Assembly: GCA_043778225.1 (NCBI GenBank)
Contig: JAYWGM010000092.1
Location: forward strand, 1-64,000
Length of the DNA stretch: 64,000 nucleotides
Source: Deinococcales bacterium
GTDB lineage: Bacteria; Deinococcota; Deinococci; Deinococcales; JAAFIG01
Reading direction: 5' to 3'
The translations under genes were made by a program, and so were the position numbers. Below the pieces are notes generated by a model. The model did not search any database, was not told the origin of the DNA, and worked only from the letters and a program-made list of their open reading frames with translations. Of the stretch, positions 42,343-52,045 are shown piece after piece (the first letter of the stretch is position 1; the number at the start of each line of letters is the position of its first letter).

Positions 42343-42507
42343 ATGGAAAAAATTCAATCTGAGCAAGTAGAAATGCAAACAGAAGTTCTGACCCGTAAAG
42401 TGTGGGTAGCCCCGCAATTGGAAACGATTGAATTTTTAGACACAAGTCTGGCGATAAACCCCGGTGGAGTTTTTGATGCCATTTATAGTGCGAGTAGGTC
42501 ATTTTAA
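42343..42507 (+). CDS. Lasso peptide precursor (A)
   Basis: MEKIQSEQVEMQTEVLTRKVWVAPQLETIEFLDTSLAINPGGVFDAIYSASRSF; WxxPxL leader motif, Thr near the junction, Asp acceptor. Confidence 0.85.
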   Translation: MEKIQSEQVEMQTEVLTRKVWVAPQLETIEFLDTSLAINPGGVFDAIYSASRSF

Positions 42508-42565
42508 CCATATCAATTGCTCTAAAAGTAGTATTGCTTTTAACTTTGTAACACAACTCAATTAC

Positions 42566-42594
42566 GGCGGCTAAAGACCACAGTCGCTTTTTTT
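42566..42594 (+). terminator. Weak terminator after the precursor
   Basis: GCGGCT-loop-AGTCGC-TTTTTTT. Confidence 0.5.
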
Positions 42595-42615
42595 GTTGAC
42601 CTAAACTCTCGATTT

Positions 42616-43749
42616 ATGACTTACAAAATAAATTCCCACACCCAATTTTTGAGAAGCCAACAAGTTTTGATGACTCAAAACACCAATAACATTGAGCTTC
42701 GGCATACTGTTTTTCAGACTTCTTGCCACATCAACCAAGTCGGGTATTCTGTTTGGCAACTTCTCGAGCAACCCCAAACCCTCGAGATGCTTGGTTCGCA
42801 GCTTGTCCACCAATACGATGTCAGTCCAGAAATTGCCAGCCGCACCCTAGAAAATCTGCTCGATCAATTGCATGGCTTGGGCTTTATAGGTGTGCAGTAT
42901 GCAAATTTGCCCCCAGACCCAATGCGTCAACGGTATTTGGAATTACTCCAAAAAGCCTTGATGAATTTGTTGTACCCCGAACATGAATTGCGAATTCGGC
43001 ATTTGCTGATTGCCGAAAAACCAGCCAGTTCACTCGAGACAGACAGGTTTCTGCGTGATATTCGCAGCACACAACCAGAACAGTACGCCGAAGTTATGGC
43101 ATCCAAACAAGTCGGTGGGGTGCTGTACAACGAAGTCACTCGGTATTCACACACCGCCATTGGGATTCGTCGCTTAGAGAATCTGCAAGCCTGTGCCGAA
43201 GCGGTCTTTGCCGATGGTATCAAAGGCGATTTTCTCGAGGCTGGAGTCTGCCAAGGTGGAGCATCTATTTTTATGCGGGCGTTGCAAGTGGCGTATGGGC
43301 AAGCCGAACGTCTCATGTGGGTGGCGGATTCATTTGCGGGTTTACCCGTGCCAACAGCCGACTTGGATGTGCAAAGTCAACTTGATTGGTCTGAACCTCG
43401 GCAACCGTGGTTGGCAATGAGTCTCGAGACGGTACAAGAACATTTTCGACGTTACGATATGCTGAGTGGTTCGGTACATTTTTTACAAGGTTGGTTTGCC
43501 GATACACTGCCTACAGCCCCGATTCAAAAACTGGCTATTTTGCGTCTCGATGCCGATTTATACAGTTCGACCACCGATATTTTAGAAGCCTTGTATAATC
43601 GGGTCTCGGCTGGTGGTTTTATTATCGTGGATGATTACGCGGGTATTAAAGCCTGCCGAGAAGCCGTGGATAACTTTAGAACCAAAAATAGTATTCTCGA
43701 GCCAATTCGCTCTGTGGATTGGAGTTGTGTCTACTGGCGTAAAGCCTAG
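42616..43749 (+). CDS. PqqD/RRE-fused TylF/MycF/NovP-family O-methyltransferase
   Basis: N-terminal INQVGYSVWQLL..PQTL...L...YDVS; C-terminal GDFLEAGVCQGG, VADSFAG, GWFADTLP, LRLDADLY, IVDDY. Confidence 0.85.
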   Translation: MTYKINSHTQFLRSQQVLMTQNTNNIELRHTVFQTSCHINQVGYSVWQLLEQPQTLEMLGSQLVHQYDVSPEIASRTLENLLDQLHGLGFIGVQYANLPPDPMRQRYLELLQKALMNLLYPEHELRIRHLLIAEKPASSLETDRFLRDIRSTQPEQYAEVMASKQVGGVLYNEVTRYSHTAIGIRRLENLQACAEAVFADGIKGDFLEAGVCQGGASIFMRALQVAYGQAERLMWVADSFAGLPVPTADLDVQSQLDWSEPRQPWLAMSLETVQEHFRRYDMLSGSVHFLQGWFADTLPTAPIQKLAILRLDADLYSSTTDILEALYNRVSAGGFIIVDDYAGIKACREAVDNFRTKNSILEPIRSVDWSCVYWRKA

Positions 43750-43751
43750 GT

Positions 43752-45269
43752 ATGGCTCACAGCATTGTTCATCTGTACGGCACTGACCCTGAAGGCGAAA
43801 ACATTGGGCAATTCAAACACCGAGTTTTGAATCCGATAGCCTTGTTCGCCGACCACCCAGATTTTGGTGTTTTTGGACTATCTATTTTCGAGCCAGACTT
43901 TGAAGAAATTGCCCTGAATTGCGACCTTTTAATTATCCATGAACTGACTTACCCTGAACTCGAGTCACTGATTTTACTGCGTCGGTCAGGGCAAAAGCCA
44001 ACACTGTACGAAATTGCCGATGATTTTCTGGCACTGGGTTCTTGGCTACCGGCAAATCATGGTTTGTTTAGCCCTATGAACCAATCAACTCGGTTGAACT
44101 TAGCGGCTTTGGCTGATGGAATTATTTTTTCTTCGCTTGGTTTAGAACAAAAATTTGCTGATGTGAACCAAAAAAAAACAGTCTTGTCCAACTATGTTGA
44201 ACCACCGGCTAACGCTCCCAAAAAAGCCGATGGTTTTGTTTTTGGTTGGGCTGGAACAAGCACCCACAGCCAAGACTTGATGAGTGTTGCCCCAGAAATC
44301 ACGGTATTTTGCCAAACGTACCCCCATGTTAAATTTGCCGTTATGGGGCAAAGAAGTCAACTCGAGCCGATGTTTAAGGACATTCCAAAGCATCAGCTGA
44401 TTGTTCAAGATTTTGCTTCTTACAACACGTACCTTGGTTTTTTGCAAGGCTTGGATGTTGGGATTGCGCCATTATTGCCAAGCACATTTAATCAAAGCCG
44501 CACCGATGTAAAATTTGTGGAATATACTGTTTGCAACGTGGCTTGTCTTGTCTCAGCGCACAAAATCTACCAACCCCATCAAAGTTATACCAAGGTGTTT
44601 TCTAGCCCTTCGGAGTTTTTATCTTTACTCGAGCAACTGTATGCCAATCCTCAAATCCGAACCGATTTGGTGACTCGAGCCACGGCTTGGGTGGAAGTAA
44701 ATCGCAGCAAAAAAGCCATTTATGAGCAGCATCTACACTTGTACCGAAAGATGCTAGGTAAAACATTAGGCTCAAAAGTTTCTAAGCTAACCCTTCAAAC
44801 AGACCTACGGCAGCAAATGTGCATGGCATGGCAAACTCGAGCCAAAGCTGACCATCAAAAAACCTTGGAATTGACGATGAATTTATTAAGCCAATATCCG
44901 CTCTGGCATCAGGCAAGGTATTTAGCGGTTTTATCGTTACAGGCTTTGGGGCAATTTAGGGAATTGGTATTGCTGGCAGAAACACATATAGATTCAATTT
45001 ATGCAACCCTGATTGCCGAAATTGCGTATATCGCAACTGAAAAAACCCAACCCGAGCTTCAGCCCAATTTTTATGTCAGACTTTCGGAAATGGCACAATT
45101 AAGACTAAAAACACCAAGTCCACAGTCCCAATTTGAAATCATTTTACAGCACCGTCCATACGACTTTTTTGCGCTGCACGGCATGGTTCATTGGCTCGAG
45201 CCTACCGACCCACAATTGGCAATTTTGCGGCAGCGTTTAGCCTTATTAAACCCTTTAGAAAAATCATGA
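43752..45269 (+). CDS. GT-B (GT4-like) glycosyltransferase with helical C-terminus
   Basis: YEIADD, FGWAGTSTHSQDL, LDVGIAPL...FNQSRTDVKFVEY. Confidence 0.75.
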   Translation: MAHSIVHLYGTDPEGENIGQFKHRVLNPIALFADHPDFGVFGLSIFEPDFEEIALNCDLLIIHELTYPELESLILLRRSGQKPTLYEIADDFLALGSWLPANHGLFSPMNQSTRLNLAALADGIIFSSLGLEQKFADVNQKKTVLSNYVEPPANAPKKADGFVFGWAGTSTHSQDLMSVAPEITVFCQTYPHVKFAVMGQRSQLEPMFKDIPKHQLIVQDFASYNTYLGFLQGLDVGIAPLLPSTFNQSRTDVKFVEYTVCNVACLVSAHKIYQPHQSYTKVFSSPSEFLSLLEQLYANPQIRTDLVTRATAWVEVNRSKKAIYEQHLHLYRKMLGKTLGSKVSKLTLQTDLRQQMCMAWQTRAKADHQKTLELTMNLLSQYPLWHQARYLAVLSLQALGQFRELVLLAETHIDSIYATLIAEIAYIATEKTQPELQPNFYVRLSEMAQLRLKTPSPQSQFEIILQHRPYDFFALHGMVHWLEPTDPQLAILRQRLALLNPLEKS

Positions 45270-46219
45270 CAAAAGATTACTTATTATTTGGCTGGCGAGT
45301 ACGTGCCAATATCAGATTGCCTTGTTTTGAATTATTCAAGACGGGTGAACCAGACTGCTGCATCAATTTTTTACCTCCGCTCGAGTCACCTCAACTCTCC
45401 CTGCCAAATTTTGCGACCTTACTCGAAACCGATGGCGTACAGTCGGTTTGGCGGATAGACCAAGACACTTGGCGCATAGAAATGTTTAATCAAATCACCA
45501 ATCAGTGGTTACAACTCAATTTTCGTCAATCTGGCAAAAATATCGAAGTAATCTACAGCCAAAACACGATTGTCGAAAACATCCTACCAATGCTGCTCAC
45601 AAGGTTATTTACAACAATTTTATGGAATTCTGGACTCGTCTGCTTACACGGAGGTGTGGTCAATACCGAACAAGGTGGCGTTCTGCTGCTCGGGGATTCT
45701 GGCGATGGTAAATCCAGTACCTTAACCGCACTTTGGCAACAAGGTTGTACTGTGTTGAGCGATGATATTGCGGTTCTCGAGCCAAACGAACCTTGTCTGG
45801 TACATATTGGACCAAGGTATTTGCGCTTACACGACGACTCTGCCTCTGTACTGGGCATCAATCCAGAATCCCTACCAACCATATTTTTACCCGCCGAAAC
45901 GATTGGCAATAAGCGTTACATCAACCTCGAACATCAAGTGTGTCCTGTCTCGGTGGCAGTGCAACAAATTTTTATTCTTGCTGGACGAGAAAATATCGAA
46001 CAAACCAAATTGACTCGCCTTGCACCGTACATGGCTGTGGCAGAATTACTAAAATACCAATTTCGAGGTCAGCAACTCGAGCCACAAATTTACCCGCAAC
46101 TCCTAAAAGTAGCTGTTGCCTTAGCGCACCAATGCCATGTCTACTTGGTTCACACGCCAGCTAACCTTGAGAAATTACCTGAAATAGCCCAAACGATACT
46201 TGGGCAGCCACTTGTATAA
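45266..46219 (+). CDS. HPr-kinase-like lasso peptide kinase
   Basis: LHGGVV, GDSGDGKSS, VLSDD; ATGA overlap with the GT gene. Confidence 0.8.
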   Translation: MTKDYLLFGWRVRANIRLPCFELFKTGEPDCCINFLPPLESPQLSLPNFATLLETDGVQSVWRIDQDTWRIEMFNQITNQWLQLNFRQSGKNIEVIYSQNTIVENILPMLLTRLFTTILWNSGLVCLHGGVVNTEQGGVLLLGDSGDGKSSTLTALWQQGCTVLSDDIAVLEPNEPCLVHIGPRYLRLHDDSASVLGINPESLPTIFLPAETIGNKRYINLEHQVCPVSVAVQQIFILAGRENIEQTKLTRLAPYMAVAELLKYQFRGQQLEPQIYPQLLKVAVALAHQCHVYLVHTPANLEKLPEIAQTILGQPLV

Positions 46220-46226
46220 TTGATTT

Positions 46227-47372
46227 ATGACCTTAACCGAAGACCAACGAGCGATTCTCGAGACAGTGACTGATTTTTGCAAAAAAGAAATTGCACCACT
46301 TGCGGCTCAGTACGATAGAAACAGTGAATTTCCGTGGGTGCAACTAAATAAATTAGGCGAAATTGGTTTGCTTGGTGCAACTGTGCCAGAAGCCTACGGT
46401 GGCTCTGGTTTGGATGCCGTGACTTACGCACTTTGTCTCGAGCAAATTTGTAAAGCCGATGCTAGTGTGGGCGTGATTGTCAGTGTCACCAACGGGCTAC
46501 CGCAGCAAATGCTTTTGAATCATGGTACTGAAGCCCAAAAACAGCGTTGGCTCGTGCCATTGGCTCGAGGGCAAAAAATTGGCGCGTTTTGTCTGACCGA
46601 AGCCAATAGCGGCTCGGATGCTGCCAGCTTACGAAGTCGTGCCACCCAAGAAGGTAACGACTGGATTCTCGAGGGGCAAAAGGTTTGGATTACCTCTGGC
46701 GGACAAGCCCAGACCTATTTGGTTATGGTGCGAACCAACGATGAACGCGGCTCGAGAGGGATTAGCTGCTTTGTTCTCGAAAAAGGTATGGCGGGTTTAT
46801 CTTTTGGTAAACCCGAAGAGAAAATGGGGCTTCATGCAGCCCATACCACCACGGTCAATATGGATGCGGTAAGAGTCTCGAGCGACCACATGATTGGTAC
46901 TGAAGGACAAGGGCTGATTATTGCTTTATCCAGCCTTGACGGCGGAAGAATTGGTATTGCGATGCAAGCCATTGGCATTGCCCAAGCGGCTTTTGAAGCT
47001 GCCAGAGATTACGCTTTTGCCCGTGAGCAATTTGGCTCGAGACTGTCCGAGTTTGAAGGGATTAGTTTCAAGATTGCGGACATGGCGACCCGAATTCACG
47101 CCTCGAGACTGCTGGCTTTGGATGCCGCCAGTCTAAAAGAAGCTGGTAAACCCTACAGCAAAGAAGCCAGCATGGCAAAATTATTTGCCTCAGAAACCGC
47201 CAATTTTGTAGCCAAAGAAGCGATTCAGATTTTTGGTGGCAACGGCTACAGCCGAGAATACCCAGTCGAGCGCCATTACCGCGATGCAAAAATCACCGAG
47301 ATTTACGAAGGCACATCTGAAATTCAGCGCCTTGTTATCTCGAGACAAGTGTTTAAGGACTCGAGACAATAA
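46227..47372 (+). CDS. Acyl-CoA dehydrogenase
   Basis: FCLTEANSGSD, REQFG, IFGGNGY, IYEGTSEIQR. Confidence 0.95.
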   Translation: MTLTEDQRAILETVTDFCKKEIAPLAAQYDRNSEFPWVQLNKLGEIGLLGATVPEAYGGSGLDAVTYALCLEQICKADASVGVIVSVTNGLPQQMLLNHGTEAQKQRWLVPLARGQKIGAFCLTEANSGSDAASLRSRATQEGNDWILEGQKVWITSGGQAQTYLVMVRTNDERGSRGISCFVLEKGMAGLSFGKPEEKMGLHAAHTTTVNMDAVRVSSDHMIGTEGQGLIIALSSLDGGRIGIAMQAIGIAQAAFEAARDYAFAREQFGSRLSEFEGISFKIADMATRIHASRLLALDAASLKEAGKPYSKEASMAKLFASETANFVAKEAIQIFGGNGYSREYPVERHYRDAKITEIYEGTSEIQRLVISRQVFKDSRQ

Positions 47373-48749
47373 TTAGCGGTAATAATTTTTTAACATCTCT
47401 TGGTACTCTGGCGGCAAACGCGGGTCAAGCACCGCCGATTCAGCCGCACGGCGGTACGAGGCGCTGCCAGTCGGGCTGGTAAAGCCATTTGTCGGGTCGC
47501 CGGGCAGTTGTAATGCGCCACTGCGAACATTATTGCCTTTGGCTGTGCCTTGAAGGTATTCGAGCTTGCCTTTGCCACTCTGGCGGTTGGCAGCCACAGG
47601 ATTCCCATTGGCATCCTTTGCGCCATTTCCGGGGCTGGTGCTGCGATTGCCTTGGCTGTTGGGGTTTTGTGGGTCAAAACCTTGGGTATCTTCGCCACGG
47701 TCGAGGTTGTTGCCTCGAGGGTCGCGTTTTGGTTGATTGCCCTGTGTGCCATTGCCAGCTTGATTTGCGCCAGATTGCCCGTTTTGTCCATTTTGATCGC
47801 CCTGAGCGCCAGACTGCCCGTTTTGGTTATTGGGCTGCCCATTTTGCCCATTTTGATTGTTGGGCTGTCCATTTTGTCCGTTTTGGTTTGCACTTTGCTG
47901 CCCATTTTGATCGTTTTGGTTGTTGCCACTGCCATTCTGACCATCGCTCTTGCCGTCTTCTGAGCCAGACTGACCGGCGGTCGGTGGGTTGGCATCTTCG
48001 ACTTGACCATCGGGGCTGCCCTCTTTATTGGGGTCGCGGTCACGGACTGCACCGCGCTCGAGGGCTTCGAGAAATTCTTTAGAAATGGCTTCTGGACTTT
48101 CGGTGGCACTGCCACCACCGGGTTTTAATTCCCCCAGATTCTGCTCTGAAGCACTGCCCCCCGAGGCTGCTTGTCCGGGTTTGGCATCTGCGCCAGCCGG
48201 CGGTGCATCGCGGCTTGGCGCATCAAGGATTGGTTCGGCAGAACTAGAACTCGAGCCATTGGGTGTATTTGGATTCTCGAGTGATTCGCGGCTGATGGTA
48301 CGGTCTTCGGCACTGATTTGGCTACCCAGTCCTCGAGTCGGCAAAACCAAAAGTAAACTCAGCAGTACCGCCATACCAAGCGTCTCGAGCCAAGGCAGTG
48401 GCGGCAACTCGGTGTTTTTTTGCACCGTCAGTGCCATGTTGTCCAACCGATTTTTGAAGCCGTGCATATCGGTTTGGGCGGTTAGGGCGGTGGTGTAAGC
48501 TGCGCCTGTTGTTTTTTCGATTTCTTGCAGCGTACTTTGGTAGCTCGAGCTTGGCATCAAAAGACCCAACAGCGCCAACAGCAACCAAAATGGCGAAGCC
48601 CCCAATATCCAAATTGCCAAGAGTAACCCAGCCACAGCAATCAGCACGGCTCGAGCTTTGATTTGAAAAGCCCGTCTCGAGAACCACTGGCGATGCAGCT
48701 TGAGGTTTGGATGTTGCCACCAAGTTGGTAGGGAAGGGGTACGAATCAT
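47373..48749 (-). CDS. Membrane protein with Gln/Asn/Gly-rich low-complexity tail
   Basis: TM segments; NQNGQNGQPN repeats; terminal LPPEYQEMLKNYY. Confidence 0.7.
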   Translation of the reverse strand: MIRTPSLPTWWQHPNLKLHRQWFSRRAFQIKARAVLIAVAGLLLAIWILGASPFWLLLALLGLLMPSSSYQSTLQEIEKTTGAAYTTALTAQTDMHGFKNRLDNMALTVQKNTELPPLPWLETLGMAVLLSLLLVLPTRGLGSQISAEDRTISRESLENPNTPNGSSSSSAEPILDAPSRDAPPAGADAKPGQAASGGSASEQNLGELKPGGGSATESPEAISKEFLEALERGAVRDRDPNKEGSPDGQVEDANPPTAGQSGSEDGKSDGQNGSGNNQNDQNGQQSANQNGQNGQPNNQNGQNGQPNNQNGQSGAQGDQNGQNGQSGANQAGNGTQGNQPKRDPRGNNLDRGEDTQGFDPQNPNSQGNRSTSPGNGAKDANGNPVAANRQSGKGKLEYLQGTAKGNNVRSGALQLPGDPTNGFTSPTGSASYRRAAESAVLDPRLPPEYQEMLKNYYR

Positions 48750-49246
48750 GAGCGAACTCCTTGTGGCTGAAATAATACCAGCAGTAAACCCAGCATACTT
48801 GAGCCGAGCAAAAGCAGCAAAGGCAAAGAATAGACACTGGGCTGAAAACCATTAAAAAAAAGCGCTGTTACGCCCAAGACAGGGAAAATCTGTGAAGCAC
48901 TGGGGAAGATTCTGGCAAAAGTATATGAACCACAACCAGCTACAAAACTTGAAATTAAACTTGGCGGAAATCCTTCTCGAGCCTCCAAAGAAAATGCCCA
49001 AAGCTCGGGCGGAGACAGAATAACCGCCCATAAAAAGAGCGTACTCAATCCCAAGCGTGGTGCAGCCTCGTATAAAAACGCGCCCAGCAGCAGCAAACCA
49101 ATCAGGCGCAGGCTGCCAATCGCATGAAAGCCCAAAGGCTCGAGTCCAGAGGTACGTGGGCTGAGGGCAGCCAAGGTTAGTAACTCGAGCGCCAGCACAA
49201 CGCTCAAAATCTGATACAGAATTTCTTTCTCGAGTATCTCTTTCAT
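48746..49246 (-). CDS. Hypothetical membrane protein
   Basis: Hydrophobic; ATGA-coupled operon. Confidence 0.6.
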   Translation of the reverse strand: MKEILEKEILYQILSVVLALELLTLAALSPRTSGLEPLGFHAIGSLRLIGLLLLGAFLYEAAPRLGLSTLFLWAVILSPPELWAFSLEAREGFPPSLISSFVAGCGSYTFARIFPSASQIFPVLGVTALFFNGFQPSVYSLPLLLLLGSSMLGLLLVLFQPQGVRS

Positions 49247-50487
49247 GGTGTACCCGCTAAAGCAATCAACAGTGTGCCATTGGGTTGCTGTGCCATGACC
49301 GCGTTTTCTGGCAGCAGTTTCATCAGTTCGGTATATTCATCCCACGGCAGGGTTTCGTAAATCTGGGCAGTTATCGTGCGGCTCGCACCAACTGCCAGTG
49401 GTTCTTGTCTTCCCATACCACGAATAAAAATTTTCTCGAGGCTTGTCTGGCTCTCGTTGATTAGTTTGCCATTTTCAATTCGCATCGGAACGCGGCTGGC
49501 GGTGGGCGGTATGAGATAGCGAATTTCTCGCCAACCGCTTGCCACAAAAATCGTCTCGGTTTGGCGGTGCTGGCGCTCGAAGCGCTCGAGCGGTAACGCA
49601 CCTGCCGGAAGTTTCCAATCTGGACGCAAGGCATAGCGAGCATGGATTGTCCAGCGTATCCCCCAGCCATTTGCACCAATCAGAACTTGGCGTTGTGCCT
49701 CGAGAAATGGCGCTTTGGGTTGACTTGCCCACCAGCCTAAGCCAGCTAAAAAAGTGCTGCACATTGCCAAGCCAATGGTGTAACGTGGCTCGGTTCGTTT
49801 GAGGCTGTACAAGCCAAGCAGCACAATAAAAACACCGACCGACCAAAAACCAAGTAAAGTATGGCGACGTTCTGGCGGGCGGACAGTCGGTGCAAATTCT
49901 TTGAGCATCTCCAAAAACTTTAAGGGTAAAATACTGCCTTGAACGCTGCCAAGCCCTAAGCTGCCGCGTGGTAAACCAATTGGTGTTTGGCTCAGGTTTG
50001 CCCCACCAGCCACGACTGCCAAAGCCAGACTTGGCTCGAGCCGCCCAAGAATGGTGTGACCTGCCAAGTACAGACTTGGGTCTGGCGGTAAACGGCTGCC
50101 GTCTAATTCGAGCCGTCCAGCACTTGGCTCAAAGCGTTTTGTGACTGTGCCAGTTGCGCCGCTTAGTGTTACCCGAACAAGGCGGGTGCTGACAATGGGG
50201 ATTAGAAGCCGTGCTTCACGAATCCCAGCCCCTTCAGGTAACTCGAGTAAAGCCGAGACGGGTGTTAAGCCTTCCAACACTTTTCCTTCGGAAGTCTCGA
50301 GCTTGGCGCTAAATGCTCCGCCACTGGTTGCCACCAAGCGAAATTCGACCCAGCCGCCACTCGAGAAACGCCCATTCCAGCCAACTTCGGCAAACGCGCC
50401 GGGGATGTGTACTTGACCTTCTTCTTCGGCTCGAGCCACAGCCAAAAGCAGCCAGAAAGCCGCCACCAAAAACCATGCTCGAGACAT
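49243..50487 (-). CDS. Hypothetical exported/membrane protein
   Basis: Signal peptide, two TM segments. Confidence 0.65.
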   Translation of the reverse strand: MSRAWFLVAAFWLLLAVARAEEEGQVHIPGAFAEVGWNGRFSSGGWVEFRLVATSGGAFSAKLETSEGKVLEGLTPVSALLELPEGAGIREARLLIPIVSTRLVRVTLSGATGTVTKRFEPSAGRLELDGSRLPPDPSLYLAGHTILGRLEPSLALAVVAGGANLSQTPIGLPRGSLGLGSVQGSILPLKFLEMLKEFAPTVRPPERRHTLLGFWSVGVFIVLLGLYSLKRTEPRYTIGLAMCSTFLAGLGWWASQPKAPFLEAQRQVLIGANGWGIRWTIHARYALRPDWKLPAGALPLERFERQHRQTETIFVASGWREIRYLIPPTASRVPMRIENGKLINESQTSLEKIFIRGMGRQEPLAVGASRTITAQIYETLPWDEYTELMKLLPENAVMAQQPNGTLLIALAGTP

Positions 50488-50538
50488 GGGGTATTCTACA
50501 AGCGGCGGGCGTTAGAAGGGTGTCAAGGCTGTGACTTT

Positions 50539-51315
50539 TTAATGATTTCTGGCTTGGGCATTTTTAACCATACTTGGCACAAAAGCTCGAGGCATTAGGC
50601 GTGGGCTAAACGCCAGAACTTGGTTGATGATGCCTGGAATGACGACTCGAGCCTTATTCTCGAGGGCAGCCACAGCTTGGCTGGCGACTTCTTGGCTGGT
50701 CATCATTGGGTTCATTGGGCTTTGTAGCAATTTAGAGTCGTTCATATCAGCACGGTCTTGGAAACCAGTTTTGACTGGACCGGGGCAAAGGGTCGTAACG
50801 CTCACACCTGTGCCGCGCAGTTCTTCATCCAGCGCTTCGCCAAACGAAAGTACATAGGCTTTAGAAGCATAGTAAACCGCCATCAACGGACCGGGCATAA
50901 AAGCGGCGGTACTGGCAACGTTGAGAATTTTGCCCTGCTTGGCGGCAATCATCTTTGGCAATAAGGCTCGAGTTAGCATCGTTAGCGTGTTGATGTTCAA
51001 AAAAATCATTTGCTCGAGTTTTTGCGGACTGGACAAGTGAAATTCGCCGTATTCGCCAAAGCCAGCATTATTGACCAGCACCTCGATTTCTAAACCTCGA
51101 GCCTCGAGTTGTGCCATCAGTTGTTGGGTTGCGTCGGGGGCAGCTAAATCCAGAGCAATGACTTCTGCTCCGCCTAATTCTTTAGAAAGTGCCTCGAGTT
51201 TGTCTTGATTGCGAGCCACCAAAACCAAGCGGTATTTGTGGCTGAGTTGCTTGGCGATTTCTTCGCCGATACCGCCCGAAGCACCAGTGACGAGTGCCAG
51301 TGGTTTATGATTCAT
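50539..51315 (-). CDS. Short-chain dehydrogenase/reductase
   Basis: TGASGGIG, NNAG, YYASK. Confidence 0.93.
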   Translation of the reverse strand: MNHKPLALVTGASGGIGEEIAKQLSHKYRLVLVARNQDKLEALSKELGGAEVIALDLAAPDATQQLMAQLEARGLEIEVLVNNAGFGEYGEFHLSSPQKLEQMIFLNINTLTMLTRALLPKMIAAKQGKILNVASTAAFMPGPLMAVYYASKAYVLSFGEALDEELRGTGVSVTTLCPGPVKTGFQDRADMNDSKLLQSPMNPMMTSQEVASQAVAALENKARVVIPGIINQVLAFSPRLMPRAFVPSMVKNAQARNH

Positions 51316-51959
51316 AATTTTCCTTTTGAAGCCAATCCCATAAAAAGGGTCGAGAGGCTATGCTCGAGTGCAACCGCAAACGAGACGTGCATGGCTGCAA
51401 TTTCAGGGCGTTGTAAGACCAATTGCATTGTGCCAACAGGGCGCGACATCTGGGCTAAACCAATTACCAAGGCATTGATGGTTTGCAGCATCTCGAGTCC
51501 GTTGCTGTTTGGAAATATGGCTTCGAGTTTTGGAATGACGCTGCTGCTTTGCTCGAGTAGAAAAGTCTTAAATTTAAGGGCGGCTTCGTAACTTAAATTT
51601 TGCTCGAGGATACTGACTTGGACAGCAAATAAGCTAACCAGCGTTTGGCGGCTCGAGATGCTGTTGGCAATTTGTATTGCCAAGTTTTTTGATGGCTCGA
51701 GAGCGAGGGCTGGCTCGAGGATGTGGTGTAATTCTACAAACCAAGCCTCGAGTTCTTGGCTTAAAAGTTCGAGTAACAATTCCTCCTTGGTGGCAAAATA
51801 TAAATAGGTTGTGCCTTTGGCAAGACTGGCTTTCTGCGCCACTTCAAGCATCGAAAATGCCATAGCGCATTGTTCAAAAAGTTCTCGAGCCACAGCCAGC
51901 AACAAGTTGCGACGGTCTTCTTTGGCGCTTTGGCTTCTGGCTCGAGTCTTAATGACCAT
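51312..51959 (-). CDS. TetR-family regulator
   Basis: SMLEVAQKASLAKGTTYLYFATKEEL. Confidence 0.9.
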   Translation of the reverse strand: MVIKTRARSQSAKEDRRNLLLAVARELFEQCAMAFSMLEVAQKASLAKGTTYLYFATKEELLLELLSQELEAWFVELHHILEPALALEPSKNLAIQIANSISSRQTLVSLFAVQVSILEQNLSYEAALKFKTFLLEQSSSVIPKLEAIFPNSNGLEMLQTINALVIGLAQMSRPVGTMQLVLQRPEIAAMHVSFAVALEHSLSTLFMGLASKGKL

Positions 51960-51995
51960 AAGTCAGATATTAAATGACTTATGGTCATTTGTCAA
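51951..51995 (-). promoter_or_regulatory. TetR operator overlapping a leaderless promoter
   Basis: Perfect 15 bp IR AATGACCATAAGTCA-9-TGACTTATGGTCATT; minus strand TTGACA-17-TAATAT-7-ATG. Confidence 0.8.
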
Positions 51996-52000
51996 GACCT

Positions 52001-52029
52001 AAAAAAAAGGGCAGCATCCTGCCCTTTTT
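52001..52029 (-). terminator. Intrinsic terminator
   Basis: AAAAAAAAGGGCAG-catc-CTGCCCTTTTT. Confidence 0.75.
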
Positions 52030-52045
52030 GCTCGAGATTTGTATT

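Noticed and set aside
47390..48498. Long overlapping alternative-frame ORFs
   Set aside because: Shadow ORFs caused by low-complexity repeats of the real gene
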